Shown here one piece after another: positions 55,157-64,000 of a stretch of DNA of 64,000 nucleotides. Origin of the DNA: a virus. The first letter of the stretch is position 1; every line of letters starts with the position of its first letter. Below the pieces are notes generated by a model. The model had not been told where the DNA came from and made no database searches. It was given only the letters and a program-made list of their open reading frames with translations. Position numbers and translations under genes: made by a program. The stretch lies in IMG/VR virus record IMGVR_UViG_3300044632_001278; one strand, 5' to 3'.

Positions 55157-56355
55157 AACAATTTTTTGTTATACCATTCGTCTTTTATTTCAATTAATTG
55201 TTTGCTATAATCTTGTAATTTATTAATGTGCAGTTTGAAGATGTCAAATTCTAAAGTGCCTATTTGACCGCTATCTTCTAACATCAGTTGAATCATATTG
55301 AAAAATTCAAAACTTTCATTTGATAACTTAGTTGCATCAAACTCTACGATGATATCATTTGTTTTTGGTACTTCATATCGTTTGAGTTTTTTATTCAAAT
55401 CAAACTTGGTATTTTTCTGTTCGATATTAATATAACGGTCATATGGTACATCGGTATAAATGGTGTCACACCAAGGTTCCAACAAAGCCAATTTGTATTC
55501 GTCACAGTTACGTACTACAAATCCAACATCATAACGTTTTGGCACAATTGGCTTCATAGTATCATTGTGTTTAACAAAGTGTCCCCATTTACGAATAAAG
55601 TTTCTGGCACTTCGATTGTTTTGTGCCAACCATTCGTCGCTTTCTTTGCCAACTGTGGTTAGAGTTGGATTATATCTACTTCCTCTACAGGTCATATGAT
55701 ATACACATCCCTCCCACGTTTGTACAAACTTATATCCATTTAATAGGAAACGGTTAAAAATATCACTATCTTCTTTGCTCTGAGGAGCATAAAGATCATC
55801 GTGACCACCAATTGATTGAAAATCCTTCTTATAAAGGGCCCATGGCGCAAAGATTCCTTCTGTGGTTTTATCTTTTCTGGTCAAACGGGTATCATTGAAC
55901 CATTTCAATAATCCAGCTTCATTAAACTCTTCTGGCTCAGTTCCAAATGCTTGAACGATCTTTTCTGGTCCGGGAGGATGTAAAGGTGGTTCAATACGAG
56001 TTAGACTTACGATTGTGCCTGGTTGAATATACTTTTCTACATATTTATCAAAGTTAGGACAGGCGTACATATCAGCGTGATAGATCATCACAACCTCATT
56101 GGTAGCAACTTCATTTATAAGACGGTCGTATAGAATTGTGTGACCCAATCTGGTTGGTCCGTGGTTACGTATGAACTTAAAGTATGGATCTTTAGCTGCA
56201 GTTTCTTTACACCATTCCAAGGTGCCGTCGTTACTAAAATCGTCAGCTACGCAAACTTCGTGTTCTTTATGACTTAAATTTTTACGAATAGCTTCGTAAC
56301 TCCACTTAAGATATTTTAAGTTGTTTCTGCTGGGTTGGATAAAACTAATTTTCAT
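55153..56355 (-). CDS. Glycosyltransferase family 2
   Basis: ISFIQPSRN, VADDFSNDGT, HADM, GGHD and EDSD. Confidence 0.85.
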   Translation of the reverse strand: MKISFIQPSRNNLKYLKWSYEAIRKNLSHKEHEVCVADDFSNDGTLEWCKETAAKDPYFKFIRNHGPTRLGHTILYDRLINEVATNEVVMIYHADMYACPNFDKYVEKYIQPGTIVSLTRIEPPLHPPGPEKIVQAFGTEPEEFNEAGLLKWFNDTRLTRKDKTTEGIFAPWALYKKDFQSIGGHDDLYAPQSKEDSDIFNRFLLNGYKFVQTWEGCVYHMTCRGSRYNPTLTTVGKESDEWLAQNNRSARNFIRKWGHFVKHNDTMKPIVPKRYDVGFVVRNCDEYKLALLEPWCDTIYTDVPYDRYINIEQKNTKFDLNKKLKRYEVPKTNDIIVEFDATKLSNESFEFFNMIQLMLEDSGQIGTLEFDIFKLHINKLQDYSKQLIEIKDEWYNKKLL

Positions 56356-56357
56356 AT

Positions 56358-57302
56358 TTAAAACTGTATTTTTATTTGATGCATCAATTCACTATAATCG
56401 TGGATTCCTGTCTTTACAACACTTTTGTCTATTACAGGAATAACGTTAGCGTTTGAAAGCTTACGGAAATAACTATTAGGCCCAAAGTAATTAGGGCGTA
56501 ATTCTTTTCCCTTATGTATATAACTAATAACTGTGCCTCCAAAAAGTGAAGATAATATTGAATTTCCGCCACAAACTGTAACAAATCTGCTGCAATTTGC
56601 CATTAATTTAAGTTGGGTTTCATTGTAACTATACTTTGATTGTTTTACCAAATCGTCTATTAAAATTACATTATCAAAATATTTGCACAATTCAAAGTCT
56701 GTTATAGTTCCAATTCCTTCTACATTAGCTTTAATATCGTGGTAACCTTGTTGTAATGAATTGTATTCGTTTTGGTCTATAGTAAATTCTTTTTCTTTAT
56801 TAGTAGCTCTCTTGTATATTACAAGATATCCTTTTTCTTTAAAATAATCAAACATTTCATATAAACAAGGAATGTTAAAATATCCCAGAGGAATTTCTCC
56901 GTGTTCCATATTATATTTGTTTGTTATAAATACCACGGGTTTATCAAATTTATATTCGTCGTTTTGATAATATTCTTTAAAAGGAGGACTAGACCACTTG
57001 GTGTAATCCAACACACCATTAACTTGTTCTTGTTCTTCAGTTGTTAGATGGTGATATTCTTTGCCTGTAACTGCTAGTGAGTTATGGTGAATCCATTTAT
57101 TTGGCACTTCTGCTAACGCCAGATTATTATCGATTGTTCTGGTTAGAAATTCTTCTTTTACATTGTCACAGAAGAAATAGTATGGTCTCATTCCTTTACT
57201 AGTAACTACACCATCCAATTGTTTGTTTTGATGTAACCAATAAGCAAAAGGTATAGCTAGTGCCAATTCAATGCCAAATTCTGGATTTACTTTGAGTATC
57301 AT
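56358..57302 (-). CDS. Putative glycosyltransferase / glycan-modifying protein
   Basis: EFGIEL..P N-terminus and QLKLMANCSRFVTVCGGNS GT-B-like C-terminus, plus cluster context. Confidence 0.45.
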   Translation of the reverse strand: MILKVNPEFGIELALAIPFAYWLHQNKQLDGVVTSKGMRPYYFFCDNVKEEFLTRTIDNNLALAEVPNKWIHHNSLAVTGKEYHHLTTEEQEQVNGVLDYTKWSSPPFKEYYQNDEYKFDKPVVFITNKYNMEHGEIPLGYFNIPCLYEMFDYFKEKGYLVIYKRATNKEKEFTIDQNEYNSLQQGYHDIKANVEGIGTITDFELCKYFDNVILIDDLVKQSKYSYNETQLKLMANCSRFVTVCGGNSILSSLFGGTVISYIHKGKELRPNYFGPNSYFRKLSNANVIPVIDKSVVKTGIHDYSELMHQIKIQF

Positions 57303-57303
57303 A

Positions 57304-58380
57304 TTAAGTACATTTATCGTCTACGCAAATACCTTCTTTTAGAATAGCTGCAGTTGCTAGTCTCTTTGAATGTTTTTCGATAACATATTCTGATAACGAT
57401 TCATCTGATTTTTCCAACCCCAGTGCTTTTCTATAACTAATAGAGATTGGTCGTCCGTGATCTTTTTCTGCTAATTTATTTTTAGCAGCTACTTGACACA
57501 TTTTACACATATCCCACATTCCTGATTTTTTATTAATTTCAGCGTTACCTTTTTCATTTACGCCGGACCAATCTGTAAAATCATCAGGCAAATCTTTACG
57601 GTTGTATCCATTTAATTTGAACAATCTCGCTATAGCAGATCCATTTGAACAAGGCCAATATCCATCAAATGAATAATTTACCCCACATCTATTTGGAATA
57701 TTGCACTGTGGAATCATTTCTTGACCAGAATCATATGGAGCCACTAAGCTACAACGATGTATTTCTCCTTTTTCATCTAGTGGGGTGAAATTAGTAACTG
57801 GTATGCCTCTGAAAAAGTTTACTTTTGATAGTAACTCTGTCAGTGATACTTGATTTGGCATTTCAAATACTAGTTTATCCAGATTGGGAATCAATTGATC
57901 TTTTGTGATTTGACTATCATTTAGATATTGTGCAATTGATTTGAAAATAGGACTTATGTGATCGATGTATGATAACTTAATCTTATCAACTTTATCAAAT
58001 GGGAAATACTTGATAACACGATCTGGAGTGTCTAAAGTACCCGCCTTTAACATTTTGGGGTGTAAATTTGAAATAATAACAATGTTTGGAACTGGATCTC
58101 CCCACAAATTATCACGTAGTCTATCTACTATATCAGAAATATTTGGATGCGTCAGTGGTTCGCCTCCAATGATATGTATTCTTTCAATTTTACCTTGTCT
58201 TTTACAATCGGATATCAATTTATCAACGTGATCCATTGTTACGTTGGTATTTTCATAGTAATTAAGACCAGCTGCATTATCTTTGTCAAATGGATCTGTT
58301 AATGCATTAAAATTACTATGTCTATTACAACTAGGACAACTAAAATTACATTGCAGTGTTACGTCAAATTCAATATTCAT
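57304..58380 (-). CDS. Radical SAM protein
   Basis: CNFSCPSC (CxxxCxxC), IIGGEPLTHP and a C-terminal Cys-rich SPASM-like segment. Confidence 0.85.
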   Translation of the reverse strand: MNIEFDVTLQCNFSCPSCNRHSNFNALTDPFDKDNAAGLNYYENTNVTMDHVDKLISDCKRQGKIERIHIIGGEPLTHPNISDIVDRLRDNLWGDPVPNIVIISNLHPKMLKAGTLDTPDRVIKYFPFDKVDKIKLSYIDHISPIFKSIAQYLNDSQITKDQLIPNLDKLVFEMPNQVSLTELLSKVNFFRGIPVTNFTPLDEKGEIHRCSLVAPYDSGQEMIPQCNIPNRCGVNYSFDGYWPCSNGSAIARLFKLNGYNRKDLPDDFTDWSGVNEKGNAEINKKSGMWDMCKMCQVAAKNKLAEKDHGRPISISYRKALGLEKSDESLSEYVIEKHSKRLATAAILKEGICVDDKCT

Positions 58381-59036
58381 AGGTGTGCGTTTATCATTTT
58401 CAGTACCTTAAAAGCCTCTGCATATTTACATTGACCTTGTATACCTCTAAATCTTGCTAGTATTTCTAGGTTAGATTTTACATTTAATCCAACTTTTTCA
58501 TATTTTGAAATCTGACTTCTATGACACATAGAAGCTTCAATTTTCTTATCAAATGCGTTATCTATATTTTCATAGTAATTTATATCCATTTGATTCTCTG
58601 TCATTCTGGAAATGGGTATTTGTTCATAACATAATACGTTGGGAACATATCGAGCAGCTGCCATCGTAGTCTTGAATGTGGAAATATGGTCTTGATTTGC
58701 ATCTCCGGCCCAATGTGTATAAATTGTATTTACTTTGTGCTTTTTAATCAAGCTTTCAAGTTTACTTACCGAGTCAAAACTAAAAGGCACGTGTAAGTCT
58801 TTGAACGGTAAGAACTCCACATCGTCACATTGCAACACCTTAGACGCATTAATGGTTTCCAGTTTATTTTCTTCTGCGGTTCTTAATAATGTTCCATTAG
58901 TACCGTCCACAGATTCTGTGTTGGTCATACACACGTATACTACGTAATCGCCTTTTAATTTGTGATTGTACAGTGTACCACCACAACCAAATTCAATATC
59001 ATCAGGATGTGCTCCTATTGCCATTACACGTTTCAT
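58377..59036 (-). CDS. PIG-L/LmbE family N-deacetylase
   Basis: AHPDDIEFG, NQDH, HRSQ and AEAF. Confidence 0.88.
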   Translation of the reverse strand: MKRVMAIGAHPDDIEFGCGGTLYNHKLKGDYVVYVCMTNTESVDGTNGTLLRTAEENKLETINASKVLQCDDVEFLPFKDLHVPFSFDSVSKLESLIKKHKVNTIYTHWAGDANQDHISTFKTTMAAARYVPNVLCYEQIPISRMTENQMDINYYENIDNAFDKKIEASMCHRSQISKYEKVGLNVKSNLEILARFRGIQGQCKYAEAFKVLKMINAHL

Positions 59037-59037
59037 A

Positions 59038-59727
59038 TTAACTTAAAATTATACTTTTACTATTTGTACCTTCGTTGAACAATAAATCTATTATACACAT
59101 ATATGGCTTAAAGTCACCATATAATTGTGTATATTTTGGATGATTATAATGTTGCCAAATCAATTCTATATTATTATCTTTGAACTCTTGTTCATTTATA
59201 TATCTCATTGAGCCTGGACCAGTGCCAGAAATATATTTTGTAGCATTTAAATTCTTCAATAAATACATTATACGCTCGCCACCAGAAACTTCCTTGGGAC
59301 ATATTTCAGAACAAAATACAACTTGTGTTTTGATTTCCATTACATTTAAGAAATATTTGATCAAAGCACTGTTTAATTCTGATAATGTTTTATAGTTGAC
59401 TCGGAGAATTGACTCTAAATCGCCATAATATACATTGAAGTATTTTGACTTTCTATAGAAATTTTTTATTAAGTTTAGATGATTATCGTTCCATCCATTA
59501 TAATTGATTTCTATTTCATCAAAGTTTTTGAGTTCACTTTTTCCATTTAATGGCACCGTTAACCACTTTGGTTCGCCATCAGTCTTGATTAAATTTCTGT
59601 GTCCAAAATGTTGTTTGCCTCTTGGAAACTGTACGTTATCAAAAATAACAAAGATATCGCTTCTAGCTATTTTATCAAAAAATCCCATCCAAGGTAAATA
59701 ATTGGGCTGATGAATGCTTACAATCAT
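59038..59727 (-). CDS. wbqC: WbqC-like protein (putative sugar N-glycyl transfer)
   Basis: HQPNYLPWMGFFDKI...DNVQF...RNLI...WLTVP...YISG...IIDLLFNEG. Confidence 0.85.
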   Translation of the reverse strand: MIVSIHQPNYLPWMGFFDKIARSDIFVIFDNVQFPRGKQHFGHRNLIKTDGEPKWLTVPLNGKSELKNFDEIEINYNGWNDNHLNLIKNFYRKSKYFNVYYGDLESILRVNYKTLSELNSALIKYFLNVMEIKTQVVFCSEICPKEVSGGERIMYLLKNLNATKYISGTGPGSMRYINEQEFKDNNIELIWQHYNHPKYTQLYGDFKPYMCIIDLLFNEGTNSKSIILS

Positions 59728-60866
59728 ACAATTTTGTTAATTACATCCGCAACATAATCAACTTGATCCATCGTCATCTCTACGTACATAGGAATAGATA
59801 GATGTCTAGACAACAAACCATCCGCTGATTCATATGTTTGATTCACGGTATATGGTTCAAATACTTTTTGTTGATGACAAGCTGGCCAATAAGCATTTGC
59901 TGTAGGTATGTTATATTCCAAAAATAGTTTTTTACAAATTTCTGATCTTTCATTTAAAGTTGTGGATTTTGGCAATTCTATAATGTAGTGCCACCAAGTA
60001 TTAACTATATTATTTGGAACATCAATAAATTTGATTTTGGGATTGGTGATCTTTTCTTTATATCTTTTTGCTATAACGTTACGTTTCTCTACAAATTCAT
60101 TTGCTCTTTTTAGTTGGCTAATACCAAGAGCTGCAACCATTTCTGTCATTTTATAGTTAGAAGAAATAAATTCACAACTCACACCGAAGTCTACTCCATT
60201 TACTGGTGTTGGATTTCTAACAGCTCCGTGATTTCTCAAAGTTTTGCAAGTTTCTGCAAACTTTGCATCATTTGTAGTAATTATCCCACCTTCACCTGTG
60301 GTAATAATTTTCGTAGCAAATAGGGAGAAACATCCTGCGTATCCCAGATTTCCAGAATGAAGATCGTCTATAGTAGACCCTACTGCGTGAGAAGCATCTT
60401 CAAACAATAAAAGGCCGTGTTTATCACATAGTTTTTTAATGTTGTAATAATCAGGAGTAATATAGCCAGCCATATGTACTAACATCACACCCGCTACATC
60501 TTTATCCAAATTTTTTTCAATTACATCAGCACTTAAACAGTGTGTATTTTCATCGATATCTACAATTAGAGGTATATTGTTGGAACGAACTATCGCACTA
60601 ACGCTTGCTATAAATGTTTGTGTAGGTACAATTATTTTTTTACCTACTAAACCAGAGGCTCTTAGTGCTACTTCCAAACAAGTACCACCTGAACAAGTTG
60701 CAACTGCATATTTTGTACCACAATACTTTGCAAACATATTCTCAAATTCAGAAACATACTTGGACTGAACCAACGATTCTGTATTTAAAATATCCGCAAT
60801 TCTGTCTAATATTTCTTTGTGGTCTTCTTTGGGAATATATGGCTTTGTTCTTGATAATTTGTTCAT
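59724..60866 (-). CDS. DegT/DnrJ/EryC1/StrS nucleotide-sugar aminotransferase
   Basis: EDASHAVG, FSLFATKIITTGEGG, NYKMTE and LSIPMY. Confidence 0.92.
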   Translation of the reverse strand: MNKLSRTKPYIPKEDHKEILDRIADILNTESLVQSKYVSEFENMFAKYCGTKYAVATCSGGTCLEVALRASGLVGKKIIVPTQTFIASVSAIVRSNNIPLIVDIDENTHCLSADVIEKNLDKDVAGVMLVHMAGYITPDYYNIKKLCDKHGLLLFEDASHAVGSTIDDLHSGNLGYAGCFSLFATKIITTGEGGIITTNDAKFAETCKTLRNHGAVRNPTPVNGVDFGVSCEFISSNYKMTEMVAALGISQLKRANEFVEKRNVIAKRYKEKITNPKIKFIDVPNNIVNTWWHYIIELPKSTTLNERSEICKKLFLEYNIPTANAYWPACHQQKVFEPYTVNQTYESADGLLSRHLSIPMYVEMTMDQVDYVADVINKIV

Positions 60867-61678
60867 AACGTAGATTTGATATAATCGAAAAATTCAGGTA
60901 GATTTTGTTTTGTACTACTAAACTTTCTGCCTAATTTCAAAGGAGACAACAATAGATGTTCGTCTATAAACGGTGAACTAGTACCATTTTCAATAATATT
61001 TGCCTTTTTATTTAAAAACAAACTTATTTCTTCGATGAGTGTTCTGGCACTGTAAACATCTTCGTTTACAATGTTGTAACTATCTTTAGTGTTGTATTGA
61101 TTAGTAGTAGACATATACACCAATGTATTAACAATATCATTTGCCCATATAAAACTCAATAGTTTATTTCCTGTGCCAGCAACTTCTACAGGTCTATTGT
61201 TAAGTATATTTCTGATATAGTAACTTATTCTTGGTCTAGGACAATCGTGACCAACAATATATGGTGGTCTGATAATCATATAGTTGGTGTCTATTTGTTT
61301 GACTATATTTTCACAATCGGCTTTTTCTACACCATAATCACCAAATCCAGATCGACCACCAATGCACATTTCTTCGTTGTATGATAGACAGTTTGCGTCT
61401 TTATATGCGGCGCCGCTGCTTATAAATATGTATTTTTGGTTCGGTTTCAACCAATTTACAAGATGTTGAGCTTGAGCTGGTTTAAAAAGACAAAAGTCCA
61501 GAATAACGTTGTAATCATTTTCGATATTAAATGGTTCATTACGATCCCACTTGATTACTTTAACTTTATTTGGACCTGTGCCTGATCTATTAAGAACAGC
61601 AACGTTGGCTAATTTACTTAGTTCATATGCGACTTTTTTACCAACGAATCTATTTCCACCTATAACCAATATTTTCAT
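60863..61678 (-). CDS. NAD-dependent epimerase/dehydratase (extended SDR)
   Basis: ILVIGGNRFVG, FISSGAAY, YGVEK and IRPPYIVG. Confidence 0.85.
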   Translation of the reverse strand: MKILVIGGNRFVGKKVAYELSKLANVAVLNRSGTGPNKVKVIKWDRNEPFNIENDYNVILDFCLFKPAQAQHLVNWLKPNQKYIFISSGAAYKDANCLSYNEEMCIGGRSGFGDYGVEKADCENIVKQIDTNYMIIRPPYIVGHDCPRPRISYYIRNILNNRPVEVAGTGNKLLSFIWANDIVNTLVYMSTTNQYNTKDSYNIVNEDVYSARTLIEEISLFLNKKANIIENGTSSPFIDEHLLLSPLKLGRKFSSTKQNLPEFFDYIKSTL

Positions 61679-62541
61679 TAGATAAGATCTTTGATTTCTT
61701 CGATAGTATATTGTTCAACTTCGTTGCTATAAGGACCGTTTTCTAGAATCTTTTCGTGTTTGTTTTCGCCTGGTTGTAAACCGATAACTTTAACATTTGG
61801 TTTAGATCCAGCTGGAGCGTATTTTTGAATTAGTGCCTCCAATAGATTTCCTATACTCATACCTTTCATCGTGGGTACGTATGGTGTTGAATCGGTACAA
61901 TTTTCCAGACAATTATAGATCAAATCAATTGCTTGATCAACCGTCCAAAAGAATCTGGTAGCTTCTGGTTCTGTAACAATCAAGTCTTTACCTTCGCTAA
62001 TCAAGTCTCTCCACTTACATAGTACTGATCCCGTAGAATACAACACGTTGCCATAACGAACTATACGATAGTCTGTATTTGGATTTAGCTGTTCAAACTG
62101 CTTAAATAAACGTTCCATTAGTAATTTAGAAGCACCATATACACCAGCTACTTGAGCCGCTTTATCTGTGCTGATACCAATTACAAACTCCAACTCATAA
62201 TTAAGCGATTCTTCTAAAATGTAAAGTGATCCTAATGTATTGGACTTGATACATTCACGAACTTGCTTTTCAGCAATACCAATGTGTTTTGATGCTGCTA
62301 AGTGAAATACACCATTAACTCCTTTCATAGCTTGACGTACTTCAAATGGATCGGAGATGTCTCCCGTGAGAATTTCTATGGACGGAAACGATTGTTTAAG
62401 ATCAATCAATTTACCTTCGTCTCTTGATAGAACACGAACTTTTGCACCGTCGTTCAAAAGTCTTTTAACGAGTGGTTTGCCTAGAAATCCACTACCACCT
62501 GTAACTAAGAATAATTTGTTTGTGAAGTTATATTTTTTCAT
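61678..62541 (-). CDS. UDP-GlcNAc 4,6-dehydratase (PseB/FlaA1/CapD-like)
   Basis: TGGSGFLG, SRDEGK, HLAASKHI, ISTDKA, YGASK, RYGNV, TRFF and GENKHE. Confidence 0.88.
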   Translation of the reverse strand: MKKYNFTNKLFLVTGGSGFLGKPLVKRLLNDGAKVRVLSRDEGKLIDLKQSFPSIEILTGDISDPFEVRQAMKGVNGVFHLAASKHIGIAEKQVRECIKSNTLGSLYILEESLNYELEFVIGISTDKAAQVAGVYGASKLLMERLFKQFEQLNPNTDYRIVRYGNVLYSTGSVLCKWRDLISEGKDLIVTEPEATRFFWTVDQAIDLIYNCLENCTDSTPYVPTMKGMSIGNLLEALIQKYAPAGSKPNVKVIGLQPGENKHEKILENGPYSNEVEQYTIEEIKDLI

Positions 62542-62582
62542 ACTCTATTATAGATACTATTTGAATTGACTTGAAATTTTTT

Positions 62583-63140
62583 TTAATTAAGTGATTTTAT
62601 TACTCCTGTTTTTTCGTCATTGTCCAAAACAAAAGCAGGTCTGCCAACCTTTTCAGATACTTTTTTGATTAGCTCCATCTCGGCTTGTCTATTTAGATCG
62701 TGAAATACCATATGAGCGTTTGTGTCAAACAAATCTAGATGTGTATAAAAACCACCTCTACCGTAGTTTCCGTTTGGTCCATCTATTATAATTAGATCAT
62801 ATTTTGGTACCAATTTTAATACTTCAGATAGTTTATTTGGATCGTACCAAGCAACTTGTTTTTCATAAAACGGAAGGCATGATATATTGTTGGGTGCTTT
62901 AAAATCGGTATTATTGTATTCTTTTAATGGAACGTGATATGCATTTGGGTGATTTAACCACTGCATATTATGTTCAATTGAATATACATTATACCAAGTC
63001 AATAACAACTTAGTAGTAACACCACAACCAAATTCCAAAATAGAAGATCCTTCTGGTAATAAAAATCTTATTAAATCTACTGCTTGTTCTCCGATTGAAC
63101 CTTTAATGAGAGTAGGATATTTTTCACTTATTTGAATCAT
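62583..63140 (-). CDS. Class I SAM-dependent methyltransferase-like protein
   Basis: ILEFGCG, SIEH, DLIIIDGP and FHD. Confidence 0.7.
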   Translation of the reverse strand: MIQISEKYPTLIKGSIGEQAVDLIRFLLPEGSSILEFGCGVTTKLLLTWYNVYSIEHNMQWLNHPNAYHVPLKEYNNTDFKAPNNISCLPFYEKQVAWYDPNKLSEVLKLVPKYDLIIIDGPNGNYGRGGFYTHLDLFDTNAHMVFHDLNRQAEMELIKKVSEKVGRPAFVLDNDEKTGVIKSLN

Positions 63141-63919
63141 AATACATCGTCTTTGTAAAAATATTGACTATAATTTAGTTTTATAAAATCTGGCAAATCA
63201 TTTACTATTTCACAATTTTCTAAAATATGCTTGTAATTTATAAATTTTTTAATAGTTTTTGGATCATTCAATTCTTGATGTGAAAAACTTTTAATTTTAT
63301 TTTCTATATTAACGCACCAGCTGAAATGGTACCCAGCATTATTAATTACATTTATATCTTGTATAAAATCATTAAAATGTCTTATATTCCAAACGTTAAA
63401 TATATATTTTTTATATATCAATGGATTAAACGCAACGGATCTTTGCCATCCTGTTTTTTTGTGTTTGAGACATTTACTATTAAAGTAATATTTTCTGTGA
63501 TCCAAATTGAAATAATTAACTTTATCTTTTATAATTTTATCTTTGCACTTTTCTAGAAATATTATTTCATCTACATCTACATTTATTACGATATCGTCAA
63601 TATTAAAATCTATTTGTTCAAATAAATAATTTCTTTGTCGTTGTTCACGGGACCAAATATCTAAATCTAGTTTTCCTATATTATACGGATAATTTTTTAT
63701 TAATTCATAATAATCCAAATTCACATCCAAGTAAATAATTTTCTCATTATATTTAGAGAAAGCGTCTCTATTTTTATAAAAGTGACATTCTTTTTTATTG
63801 CCTGAATATGTTTGTCCTGATTCTGTAATTACAAATTTATCAACATAATCATAATTAACATCTAATTGCAATTTTACAAAATCCAATTCATCATTTAATA
63901 TGATAGAGTAATAAATCAT
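63137..63919 (-). CDS. Glycosyltransferase family 17 (MGAT3-like GlcNAc transferase)
   Basis: VDKFVITES..TYSGNKK, REQRQRN, DVDEI, GYHFSW and KIKSFSHQE. Confidence 0.8.
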   Translation of the reverse strand: MIYYSIILNDELDFVKLQLDVNYDYVDKFVITESGQTYSGNKKECHFYKNRDAFSKYNEKIIYLDVNLDYYELIKNYPYNIGKLDLDIWSREQRQRNYLFEQIDFNIDDIVINVDVDEIIFLEKCKDKIIKDKVNYFNLDHRKYYFNSKCLKHKKTGWQRSVAFNPLIYKKYIFNVWNIRHFNDFIQDINVINNAGYHFSWCVNIENKIKSFSHQELNDPKTIKKFINYKHILENCEIVNDLPDFIKLNYSQYFYKDDVL

Positions 63920-64000
63920 TTTACTTTAAAATTTAACTGAGAAGAAAAAATAATTGGTTTAGATTTTATTTTTATACCAAAATTATTTGGTTCGCTTTTA

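Noticed and set aside
1-64000. tRNA/rRNA genes and eukaryotic giant-virus origin
   Set aside because: No cloverleaf or rRNA-like segment was seen by eye (tRNAscan was not run). Ankyrin, collagen and GT17 genes could suggest a giant virus, but the T4-like neck/tail genes, bacterial promoters and operon coupling indicate a bacteriophage.

Overview
This window is an AT-rich 64 kb segment of a large, probably lytic T4-like (myovirus-type) dsDNA phage. It reads well in the standard genetic code, and I saw no tRNA, CRISPR array, integrase or reverse transcriptase. Layout: (i) 1-2.1 kb, minus strand: an ankyrin-repeat gene missed by the ORF track, a minimal MscS-like membrane protein and a lipoprotein with spanin-like topology. 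(ii) 2.2-30.7 kb, virion module: gp13/14/15-like neck genes, a 2002-aa Gly-Thr/Ser-Ser collagen-like fibre with a C-terminal S74 chaperone, a VGIGTTSP-repeat fibre, tail tube, a tail chaperone with a probable programmed frameshift, tape measure and baseplate genes, interspersed with nucleotide-handling enzymes. (iii) 30.8-54.3 kb, replication/early module: PolA-like protein, gp32 SSB, RecA/UvsX, a free-standing NUMOD3 endonuclease, a split FEN/RNase H gene, gp41 helicase, NrdAB, a MoxR-VWA pair, a DruA-like protein, UvsE, clamp-loader subunit and dNMP kinase. (iv) 54.3-64 kb, minus strand: an amino-sugar biosynthesis and glycosyltransferase cluster. Two promoter classes are visible: sigma70-like TTGACA-N16/17-TAnnnT, and a phage-specific TATTTAT(A) element usually 3-7 nt before start codons. 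The most notable signals are four hairpins that hide start codons while holding the putative late promoter in the loop, a FEN gene cut at its catalytic DG motif by a 5-nt TAGTG stop-start next to a homing endonuclease, the giant proline-free collagen-like fibre with a possible phage-encoded glycosylation pathway, T4-type capsid-targeting-like leaders on several enzymes, and a holin-like TM-PAS fusion. All family calls come from motif recognition by eye, not from database searches.
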